A stretch of DNA of 64,000 nucleotides from an uncultured Candidatus Actinomarina sp. (GTDB lineage: Bacteria; Actinomycetota; Acidimicrobiia; Actinomarinales; Actinomarinaceae). The DNA is taken from positions 561-64,560 of the forward strand of contig CACOBL010000002.1 of the NCBI GenBank assembly GCA_902625455.1, given 5' to 3'. The notes beneath the pieces were generated by a model. It was not told the origin of the DNA. It was given only the letters and a program-made list of their open reading frames with translations, and ran no database searches. Position numbers and translations under genes: made by a program. Positions 1 through 8,347 of the stretch are shown one piece after another (positions within the stretch are counted from its first letter, which is position 1; every line of letters starts with the position of its first letter).

Positions 1-492
1 AGAGTTTTGGCACAATTATTTTCAGATAGAGGAGTTAAGTTAAAAAATACTTATCAACTTAATGTTGGTGGAAATATGGATTTTCTAAATATGCTTGAAG
101 AAGACAGATTAGAAACAAAGAGAACCAGCAAGACATCATCTGTCACATCGGTTGCAAATAAAGGTAAAGGAATTGAACCTGATAATGTAAGAATTGGTCC
201 TTCGGACTATGTTAAATGGTTAGAGGATAGAAAAAAAGCATTTATTCGTCTTGAAGGTGAGTCTTTTGGTGGTGCACCATTAAATATTGAAGTTCAACTT
301 GAGGTTTGGGACTCACCTAATAGTGCTGGAGTAACAATTGATGCAGTAAGATATATGAAGTTTTTTAAAGATAAAAATGACTTGGAAAGTTTAGACCTTG
401 TATCAGCTTGGTTAATGAAAGCTCCAGCTAAATCTCAAAAAGATGGAGACGTTTTAATGAAGCTACATGAATTAACTCATATAGATGATTAG
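1..492 (+). CDS. ino1: myo-inositol-1-phosphate synthase, C-terminal part (5' truncated by window edge)
   Basis: Motifs YQLNVGGNMDFLNM, SKT, IGPSDYVKWLEDRK and VWDSPNSAG; frame is open from base 1. Confidence 0.9.
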   Translation, partial: RVLAQLFSDRGVKLKNTYQLNVGGNMDFLNMLEEDRLETKRTSKTSSVTSVANKGKGIEPDNVRIGPSDYVKWLEDRKKAFIRLEGESFGGAPLNIEVQLEVWDSPNSAGVTIDAVRYMKFFKDKNDLESLDLVSAWLMKAPAKSQKDGDVLMKLHELTHIDD

Positions 493-1755
493 TTAATTCA
501 AAGATTTATTAAAAATCTCCATAGCTTCTTCAACATGATTCAGTGGAGTTGTCAATGGTCCCATAAATCTTATTACATTTCCTTCTTTACCACATGAAAC
601 AAGAAGTAATCCATTGTCTTTACATTTATTTATGATGTCGTTAGTTTTTAATTTATCAGGATTTTTACTTTTTTTATTTTCTACTATTTCTACGCCAATC
701 ATGGGACCATAACCTCTAACATCACCAATAAAATTATGTTTTTCCATTGCAATATTCAAATTAGATTTCATTACTTTTTCTTGCATTAAGGTATTTGATA
801 AAATATTTTCATTATCAAATGCTTCAAAGACTCCCAATGCAGCAGCACATGACACAGGTGATGCGCCAAATGTACTACCTATTCCAGCATCGTGTATTGA
901 GTCCATAATAGCTTTTTGACCTACGACAGCCGCAAGAGGGAATCCTCCTCCTATTCCTTTGGCCAGAGTAACCATATCTGGCTCAACGTCTACATGTTCA
1001 GCACCAAACATTTTTCCAGTTCTACCAAATCCTGTTTGAACTTCATCAAATATCAGCAATATTCCATGTTTGTCACAAATTTCTCTCAGATATTGTATAA
1101 AGTTCGGAGATGCTGGAATGTAGCCACCTTCACCTAGTTGAATTTCAATAACAACAGCAGCAACATCTTGAGGATTTAAATTTTTCGACAAAAGTTTGTT
1201 TAATTGCTCAATTGCTACATTGTCAGAAATATTTCTATATTCATATGGATATTCTGTGTGATGAATAAAGCTTGGAAAAGGACCAAAACCTTCCTTGTAA
1301 GGTTTATCTTTTCCAGTTAAGCCCATAGCCAAGTATGTTCTACCATGAAAACCGCCTTTAAAAGATATTATCTCTTGCCTTCCTGTGTAATATCTAGCAA
1401 TTTTAACTGCATTTTCAACTGCTTCTGCTCCACTATTAACCAAAAAAGATCTTGTTTCTTGTGATATTGGATATCTTAAATTTAATTCTTGGCATACCTT
1501 TACCGCATTTTCATGGGGTGCAAATGCGAAGCATGAGTGAGAAAAATCTTCAAGCTGATTTTTTACTTTTTCAATTATCACAGGGTGCAAATGTCCAGTA
1601 TTTAGTACTGCATATCCACCAACAAAATCGAGAAATCTATTACCGTCAGAATCCCATATTTCAGCATTCTTTCCTTTTACAATAAAATTTTCTAATGTGC
1701 TGTACCATGCACTTGGTACATTTTCAGTTATAGCATTGTTCATCAGATTAACCAT
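493..1755 (-). CDS. gabT: 4-aminobutyrate aminotransferase (class III PLP aminotransferase)
   Basis: NSGAEAVENAVKIAR, FHGRT, DEVQTGFGRTG, PLP lysine in LAKG. Confidence 0.85.
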   Translation of the reverse strand: MVNLMNNAITENVPSAWYSTLENFIVKGKNAEIWDSDGNRFLDFVGGYAVLNTGHLHPVIIEKVKNQLEDFSHSCFAFAPHENAVKVCQELNLRYPISQETRSFLVNSGAEAVENAVKIARYYTGRQEIISFKGGFHGRTYLAMGLTGKDKPYKEGFGPFPSFIHHTEYPYEYRNISDNVAIEQLNKLLSKNLNPQDVAAVVIEIQLGEGGYIPASPNFIQYLREICDKHGILLIFDEVQTGFGRTGKMFGAEHVDVEPDMVTLAKGIGGGFPLAAVVGQKAIMDSIHDAGIGSTFGASPVSCAAALGVFEAFDNENILSNTLMQEKVMKSNLNIAMEKHNFIGDVRGYGPMIGVEIVENKKSKNPDKLKTNDIINKCKDNGLLLVSCGKEGNVIRFMGPLTTPLNHVEEAMEIFNKSLN

Positions 1756-1816
1756 TAATGAATACTGTAACTGATTAATTATTAATACTCAATTTTGTAG
1801 CCACTAAAATAAACCT

Positions 1817-2185
1817 ATGGATTTTTATTTTATGGAATTACCTTCTTACGTAAGTATTTTTGTATGTGCATTGGTTGGTCTTATTTTATTAGTTGTAAAA
1901 TTTAGCAAATTTGAAATAAGCATTATTGTTACTAATTATTTAATATTGCTCGCCTTGTTATCTGTCTTAATACAAGTATTAATTGTTGTTTATTATTCTC
2001 AAGATAACGAAATAGGAACTTTCAGCATGTTCTACAATATTGTAAATTTATTTGTTCTTACATTTTTATATATTTATCGAAATGAAATGAAATTAAATTA
2101 TCATTTATATTGGTCTTTCGCACTATTCTTTTTGATGGGAATGGAGATAAGAGCAATTCAAACTTTAGGATTAGGACTTAATTAA
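1817..2185 (+). CDS. hypothetical membrane protein (about 4 TM segments)
   Basis: Hydrophobic 122-aa ORF; TAAAAT lies 6 nt before the ATG; stop overlaps the next start. Confidence 0.7.
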   Translation: MDFYFMELPSYVSIFVCALVGLILLVVKFSKFEISIIVTNYLILLALLSVLIQVLIVVYYSQDNEIGTFSMFYNIVNLFVLTFLYIYRNEMKLNYHLYWSFALFFLMGMEIRAIQTLGLGLN

Positions 2186-2892
2186 TGGGATATAAAGTTC
2201 TTGAAGATAATTTAACGTTTGCAAATATTAATTCTGATAAACCAACAGTCTGTTTTCTACATGGCTGGGGAAGGAGCAGCAAAGATTTTATTCATATTGA
2301 AAATGAATTTGAGTCAATTGCATTTGATATTCCTGGATTTGGAAAATCAATACCATTTCCCAGAAGTCTTTCTCCGAAAAAATATGCAGACTATCTAGCA
2401 GGATTAATTCCAAGTTCTGTGGAAATAATAGTAGGTCATTCATTTGGTGGAAGAATAGCCGTACACTTGTCTCAGATAAATAAATATAAAAAGATAGTCC
2501 TAATTGGTGTACCTTTAATAAAAAAACAAAATACAAAAAAATCATCGTCTATTTTTGAGATTTATAAATTTATGAATAAATTTAAATTTATTAGTAATGA
2601 AAAGCTAGATCAAATTAAAAACAAATATGGTTCCGAAGATTACAAGAATGCAAATAAATATTTAAAAGATACACTCGTTATGGCTATCAATGATGATTTG
2701 AAAGACATTTTGTCAAAGATCGATACTAAAGTTGAACTTGTTTGGGGCGAAGATGACTCAGAAGTACCGCTTCAAGTTGGTTTGGATTCTAATGATATAA
2801 TTCCTAATTCTGAACTAACGATAATTCCTAGTAGTGGTCACAATGTATTAATGAGTAATCCTCAAATCGTTATTGGAGTAATCAAAAAATGA
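2185..2892 (+). CDS. alpha/beta-fold hydrolase
   Basis: FLHGWG, nucleophile elbow GHSFGG, WGEDD, C-terminal GH. Confidence 0.85.
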   Translation: MGYKVLEDNLTFANINSDKPTVCFLHGWGRSSKDFIHIENEFESIAFDIPGFGKSIPFPRSLSPKKYADYLAGLIPSSVEIIVGHSFGGRIAVHLSQINKYKKIVLIGVPLIKKQNTKKSSSIFEIYKFMNKFKFISNEKLDQIKNKYGSEDYKNANKYLKDTLVMAINDDLKDILSKIDTKVELVWGEDDSEVPLQVGLDSNDIIPNSELTIIPSSGHNVLMSNPQIVIGVIKK

Positions 2893-4412
2893 ATATCATT
2901 TATACAATAGTATTAATTATTCTTACGCTAAGTTCTTGTGCTAATTCTTTAAGATGGGGGAGAATTGCGCAGCGAGAACATTACATCCCTGGATATGTCA
3001 CAAAGTTTTACTTCCGATGGGTTAGATTAGTACCTTACAATAATCTTTATTATTTATCCAGTCTAATTTTAGCTCTTCTTAGTCTATGGACTCCTTACAC
3101 AGCTTTAGTCTTGGCTATAATCAATCTTTTCTTACCTATTGGATTATTGTTCAAAGACAGATCTGCAAAAGTTGAATTTACTGAGAGATTGAAGCGCCTG
3201 AATATTGTTTACTATTTTTTAATTATTTTGATATCAGTTATATCTGTAAACGCTGGATTTGGTTATTTCCTAGCTCTAATTGCTAATGTTTTCTCACATT
3301 ATATTTTCGATCAAGCTTTGAGGATAACAAAAGGTTATGAAAAAAATAAATCTCAAATTTTCGTCGATAATGCTGAAAAAAAGATCTCTACTTTTAATGG
3401 TCCTATAATTGCAATTACAGGTTCATACTCTAAAACAACAACTAAAAATACCATTTCTCAAATCATTTCAACTAAAAACAATGTTTTTGTTACACCAGAA
3501 AGTTTTAATAATCGACTGGGAATTTCCAAAGCTATTAATGAAGAATTAGATTCTTCACATGAAATAGCTATTTTTGAAATGGGAACATATGGATTTGGAG
3601 AAATACGTGAGATGTGTGCATGGGTCAAACCACATATTTCAGTTATAACTGGTATTGCACCTGTTCATTTGGAAAGAATGAAGTCATTAGAAAATATCCT
3701 TGATGCAAAATCAGAGATTGTAGATCTTACCGGGACAGTAATTATCAACGGAGATGATGAGCTACTGCTAAATCAAGCAAGATTATGGACAGCACAAAAA
3801 ATGGTTATTGATTGTTCAACAACATCAAAGAACGCTGCTGTTTTTGTCGAGTATCAGAATTCTTTACATTCTATTTATATATCTGGTAAATTCATAGCTT
3901 CTGTTAAAGGTGCAAAAATATTACAGCTTTCTATTGCATTAACTGTGGGTGTACTCATAGCTTTAGAAATGGATATCATAGAATATTTTCAAAAGATTGA
4001 AAATTTAGAAAAAACTTCTCATCGACAGACCATACTAAAAGGAAACTTGGGTCATACTATTATTGATAATTCTTTTAACTCAAACCCAATTTCAAATTTA
4101 GCATCTTTAGAACTGTTATATTCACAGAAAACTGATGGTAAAAAATACTTGATTACTCCAGGAATGGTAGAGCTAGGTTCTGACCAATTTACCTATAATT
4201 ATGAGTTTGCCTTCAATGCTAGTGAAATTATAGATGAAGCTCTTGTGGTTGGTTTTACAAATAAAACTGCACTCACGATAGCTTTTGAAGATAATAATAT
4301 TCCAGTTAAATTTTTTAAAAATAGAGATTTAGCAGTTTCTTATCTAAACTCTGTTGTGAAAGATAATGATGTTGTTTTATTTGAAAATGATTTACCTGAT
4401 CATCACCCTTAA
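2889..4412 (+). CDS. murF: MurF-like Mur ligase with N-terminal transmembrane domain
   Basis: ITGSYSKTTTK, SFNNRLG, FEMG, PVHLE, IIDNSFNSNP, PGMVELG, FENDLPD; first ~140 aa are hydrophobic. Confidence 0.75.
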   Translation: MNIIYTIVLIILTLSSCANSLRWGRIAQREHYIPGYVTKFYFRWVRLVPYNNLYYLSSLILALLSLWTPYTALVLAIINLFLPIGLLFKDRSAKVEFTERLKRLNIVYYFLIILISVISVNAGFGYFLALIANVFSHYIFDQALRITKGYEKNKSQIFVDNAEKKISTFNGPIIAITGSYSKTTTKNTISQIISTKNNVFVTPESFNNRLGISKAINEELDSSHEIAIFEMGTYGFGEIREMCAWVKPHISVITGIAPVHLERMKSLENILDAKSEIVDLTGTVIINGDDELLLNQARLWTAQKMVIDCSTTSKNAAVFVEYQNSLHSIYISGKFIASVKGAKILQLSIALTVGVLIALEMDIIEYFQKIENLEKTSHRQTILKGNLGHTIIDNSFNSNPISNLASLELLYSQKTDGKKYLITPGMVELGSDQFTYNYEFAFNASEIIDEALVVGFTNKTALTIAFEDNNIPVKFFKNRDLAVSYLNSVVKDNDVVLFENDLPDHHP

Positions 4413-4415
4413 ATT

Positions 4416-5498
4416 ATGAGTGACAAATTAGCAGTAATATATGGAGGTCCATCTCCAGAACATGACATATCAATATTAACAGGTTTGCAAGCTGCAAAAA
4501 TATTATCTTCAAAATATGAAGTTTTAAATATCTACTGGTCGCGTGACAACAAATGGTATTTGGTTGATAATAATCTAGAATCTAAAGATTTTTTAGAAAA
4601 TAAAGATATATTTAAAAAAGAAATATCTATAAAGCTAGACTCAAACCCAGGTTTTTATCTCAAAAAGAAAAAAATCGAAATAGATTTAATTGTAAATTCA
4701 TGCCATGGTGGACCAGGAGAAGATGGTACTTTGCAAAGCCTGTTTGCATTATTAAAATTGAACTTCACTGGGCCATCATTGACCACATCTCAATTATGTA
4801 TGGATAAATATGCTTTTTTTACCTTAATGAGAAGCAACAATATACCAGTTCTTGAAAAACAACTAGTTTCTAAAAATGTTAATCCACAATTTAATGGTCC
4901 ATATATTCTTAAACCTAGATTTGGTGGTTCCTCTATTGGAGTAGAAATTGTAGAGGATTATAAAACTGCAATAAGCATCACCTCAACATCAGATCTTTAT
5001 AATCAAGGCGCAACTATTGAAAAGTATTTAGAAGAATCTTCAGATTTATTGATTGCTGTTAGATCCTTCCCTATGCAAAATTATTCAGAAATTGAAAAAC
5101 CAATTAGATCAAATAATTTTGAATTATTTTCCTATACAGATAAATATTTAGAAAATGGGGGATTAGAGGGTTCTAAAAGAGAACTTCCAGCAAAAATTGA
5201 AAAAGAAGTTGAAGATGAAATTTATCGAATACTAGATTTATTTATGACAATTGTTGAAATTAGAGGAATATCTAGAGTAGATTTTCTTCTGAAAGATAAA
5301 GAATTGTATCTAAACGAAGTTAATACGATACCTGGCAGTCACGCTCTGTATTTATGGGAAACAAAAGGATTCAGCAAATTTGAGTTAATGAATGATATGA
5401 TTTCTGAAGCTAAAAATTCTTCATTAACTTGGTCTACAGAGGGATCTGATGGAACTGCATTAAAATCTGCAAAAGATATCAAAAGTAAATTAGGTTAA
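4416..5498 (+). CDS. ddl: D-alanine--D-alanine ligase family protein
   Basis: YGGPSPEHDIS, HGGPGEDG, MDK, KPRFGGSSIGV, SRVDF, NEVNTIPG. Confidence 0.85.
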   Translation: MSDKLAVIYGGPSPEHDISILTGLQAAKILSSKYEVLNIYWSRDNKWYLVDNNLESKDFLENKDIFKKEISIKLDSNPGFYLKKKKIEIDLIVNSCHGGPGEDGTLQSLFALLKLNFTGPSLTTSQLCMDKYAFFTLMRSNNIPVLEKQLVSKNVNPQFNGPYILKPRFGGSSIGVEIVEDYKTAISITSTSDLYNQGATIEKYLEESSDLLIAVRSFPMQNYSEIEKPIRSNNFELFSYTDKYLENGGLEGSKRELPAKIEKEVEDEIYRILDLFMTIVEIRGISRVDFLLKDKELYLNEVNTIPGSHALYLWETKGFSKFELMNDMISEAKNSSLTWSTEGSDGTALKSAKDIKSKLG

Positions 5499-6134
5499 AT
5501 GTACGGGATATTTTGGGATTGTGATGGAACTATCATGGATACGGAACGACTCTATGCTTATGCTTGGCAAACGCATCTAAAAGATTTCGGACTAAGTATT
5601 CCAGAAGAAGAAATAAAACAATTTGTTGGAGTAGATGATAAGATTGTTCATTCATTTTATTCCGAACAGGTAGAACTCGAAAATTTCCACCAAACGATGT
5701 CTAATTTAGGCTATATAATTGAAAATTCATTAGATGAAAGATTAATATTTCAAGATGCAAAAAGATTACTTCAACAATTATCGGATCTGGAGTATAAACA
5801 GGCTTGTGTATCCGCCAGTCCATATAATCTATTACACAAAAAACTTCAAAGATTTCAAATTGATACTTATTTTAATTTTGTCATCGGAGGTGATTTAGTA
5901 AAGAGAAATAAACCATATCCTGATATTTACAATGAGGCAATTGAGAAATTGGGAACTTCTCTAAATTTAGTTATTGAAGATAGCCCAACAGGCATATCAT
6001 CTGGTAAAGCTTCTGGCTCGTATGTTTTGGCAATTGACAGAGGAATATTTTCTAAAGAACAATTAAACGAGGCGGATGAAGTAGTTGAAATATTAGATTT
6101 AGAAATCATAAATAATATTTTAAAAAGACTGTAA
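5499..6134 (+). CDS. HAD-family phosphatase (beta-PGM/CbbY-like)
   Basis: DCDGTIMDTE motif I, KPYPDIY, IEDSPTG. Confidence 0.85.
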   Translation: MYGIFWDCDGTIMDTERLYAYAWQTHLKDFGLSIPEEEIKQFVGVDDKIVHSFYSEQVELENFHQTMSNLGYIIENSLDERLIFQDAKRLLQQLSDLEYKQACVSASPYNLLHKKLQRFQIDTYFNFVIGGDLVKRNKPYPDIYNEAIEKLGTSLNLVIEDSPTGISSGKASGSYVLAIDRGIFSKEQLNEADEVVEILDLEIINNILKRL

Positions 6135-6187
6135 ATGTTAGATATATTTAAAATAAATTACAAAACTTTCTTAGGCACAATATGTGA

Positions 6188-6610
6188 CTAAGAAATATTA
6201 AGAATTAATACAGGAATTTGTCTTGCAGTTCTTTTTTGATATGCTTCGTACCCACCATTGTTCAAATAATCCATTTTGATCCACCACTCATCTTTTTCTT
6301 CTCCATGAATTTCTCTTGCAACAGCATTAAATTTTTTTCTTCCTATTTGAATTACACATTCAGGATATTTTTTTAAATTGTGATACCAACCAGGATTAGT
6401 ATCACTCCCACCTTTTGAGGCTACAATACAGACATCTCGATCTTCTTTTAAGAAAACTAAAACATTTTTTCTTTCTAAATTTGTTTTAGCACCAGTTGTA
6501 TGAAGTATCAAACATGGCCGATTACTTAAAAACTTACCGATTCTTCCATCAGAGAAAATATATATATAGTTATGAAAGAAGAGAAATAAAAAAAGAAAAT
6601 ATCTTTTCAT
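6188..6610 (-). CDS. F420-dependent (deazaflavin) nitroreductase/quinone reductase, Ddn family
   Basis: LHTTGAKT, VASKGG-PGWYHNL, YEAYQKRTARQIPV; start moved to ATG at 6610, which overlaps the upstream stop (ATGA). Confidence 0.85.
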   Translation of the reverse strand: MKRYFLFLFLFFHNYIYIFSDGRIGKFLSNRPCLILHTTGAKTNLERKNVLVFLKEDRDVCIVASKGGSDTNPGWYHNLKKYPECVIQIGRKKFNAVAREIHGEEKDEWWIKMDYLNNGGYEAYQKRTARQIPVLILNIS

Positions 6611-7803
6611 ATTTTTAATTCTATTCTTTTTTTCCAAGAACTAAAACTGGAAGGGTAAAAGTTAATAGGTTCGACCAACCTTGTGGAGGGAAACTCCACA
6701 GTGGGAATATTTTTTTTTGTTATTTTTTTATATTTAGGTACCGGCGCAAATGTACTTCCAAAATTTTTACCATTTAAAAACTCAATTGGGTCATCTAAGT
6801 AAATTTTGAGCTCTCTTTTGTTAGCTAATTCTTTTAGGCAATCTAATAAAAATATAATTCTTTTGGTAGAAAGTTGTAGATATTTTAATAAAGGTTTATC
6901 AAAAATAAAAATAGCAGGAAGATTTGAGTAATAATTTAATGCTGGATCATTATCTCCTAATGATTCAGCAGTTAGCCATACAAATTCAGGTTTAGAATCT
7001 ATATTATTTTTTACACTTTTTGGTCCAAAATTTATTTCAGGATTTAAATCAAACTCAATTGTTTTTTTAGTTATGCTTACTTCTTCTGGCCAATTTTGTA
7101 TAGGACAATCATATTTGACTACACAAGTGTTGCACAAACTTTTAGCCCTTTTATCTACTTGGAATTTAGAAAATCCATAAATTTTTCCAGTTTGCGAACC
7201 CATAACCCATTGCCAACCTAATCTGTTTGCAAATCTTGATCCGTCAACTAAATGTTTAAACATGTAATCTTCATAATTTCTCCAATTGTTTCCATCCCTT
7301 AATGAAAAGTGAGAAGCAAACCACATTCTTGTTTGATTGACCATGTATCCAGTGCTTTCAAGTTCGGTTTTAATTGAATCAATACAGTTCATATTTTGGT
7401 AATTATGGTTATTTTTGTTTGATTTAATTGAATAATTTAAATAATTACGTGAATTTTTACCCACAATTGCATATAAATGTCTTGAAAACTCTTGCCATAA
7501 CAGTTCATCTCTAAATTTTGTTTTATCTTGATATTCAAATTTTTCAACAAAACTCCATACTTCGGGTAACGAAATTAATCCATGCCTTATATAAGGTGAT
7601 ATATAAGTTGACCCTCTTTTTTCAATAGGTAAAACATTATTTCGAGTTTTTGCATAATTTTGAATATCCAGTGAATTCAGAGCATTATCTGCATAAGTTT
7701 GTCCACCCTTTATTAGTGGGTCTGTATAATCATCACAGCATAAATCATTAAAATATTTTTTAATGATTTCTTCGTTTGATAGGTCTAGATTAATAAAGGA
7801 CAT
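6607..7803 (-). CDS. photolyase/cryptochrome-related FAD-binding protein, permuted domain order
   Basis: YAKTRN, STYISPYIRHG, FRDELLWQEF, GYMVNQTRMWFAS, HLVDG, NRLGWQW; C-terminal VWL..DNDPAL..FIFD segment. Confidence 0.8.
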   Translation of the reverse strand: MSFINLDLSNEEIIKKYFNDLCCDDYTDPLIKGGQTYADNALNSLDIQNYAKTRNNVLPIEKRGSTYISPYIRHGLISLPEVWSFVEKFEYQDKTKFRDELLWQEFSRHLYAIVGKNSRNYLNYSIKSNKNNHNYQNMNCIDSIKTELESTGYMVNQTRMWFASHFSLRDGNNWRNYEDYMFKHLVDGSRFANRLGWQWVMGSQTGKIYGFSKFQVDKRAKSLCNTCVVKYDCPIQNWPEEVSITKKTIEFDLNPEINFGPKSVKNNIDSKPEFVWLTAESLGDNDPALNYYSNLPAIFIFDKPLLKYLQLSTKRIIFLLDCLKELANKRELKIYLDDPIEFLNGKNFGSTFAPVPKYKKITKKNIPTVEFPSTRLVEPINFYPSSFSSWKKRIELKI

Positions 7804-7811
7804 TAAGTTGT

Positions 7812-8027
7812 TTAATACTTATCTTGTCCAATTCGAATATTTTTGACAACATTAACTTCATCATGGGATTCAATTTCAAAATTTATTCTTTGACCCTGTC
7901 TTAATGTTCTAAAAATAGAGCCTTTTAGCGAACCTGGTATAAGATAAACTTCGGATTTGTCGGTATCTAGTAATATGATTCCATTTCCAGTATTTGGATC
8001 ATATGACTTAACAACACCTTGTGCCAT
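7812..8027 (-). CDS. cold-shock-domain (OB-fold) protein, divergent
   Basis: QGVVKSYD..G.G and FRTLRQGQRINFEI; RNP aromatic residues partly lost. Confidence 0.7.
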   Translation of the reverse strand: MAQGVVKSYDPNTGNGIILLDTDKSEVYLIPGSLKGSIFRTLRQGQRINFEIESHDEVNVVKNIRIGQDKY

Positions 8028-8263
8028 TAAACTTTTTCGCCTCTTTGTCTGATTTCTTTCACAACTGACTCTATTCCACGCTTATCTATTATTTTGTTAC
8101 CTCTTGTACTAACTTTAAGCTTTACCCATCTATTTTCGCTCGCTAGCCAATACTTTTTTGTTTGAATATTAGGTTTAAACCATCGAGGATTTCTTTTGTG
8201 TGAAAAAGTAACGTTCTTTCCAGATCTTGGTTCTCTTCCTGTAACTTGACATCTATTTGCCAT
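8027..8263 (-). CDS. rpmB: 50S ribosomal protein L28
   Basis: MANRCQVTGR..GKNVTFSH..RWFKPNIQ; GGAGG upstream of the ATG at 8263. Confidence 0.95.
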   Translation of the reverse strand: MANRCQVTGREPRSGKNVTFSHKRNPRWFKPNIQTKKYWLASENRWVKLKVSTRGNKIIDKRGIESVVKEIRQRGEKV

Positions 8264-8347
8264 AATATTTCCTCCAAAATACAATTCTAACTATAACTAA
8301 TTTATTAATTTGTAGGTACTTTCATTTTAAAACTTTTTAGGTAATGT

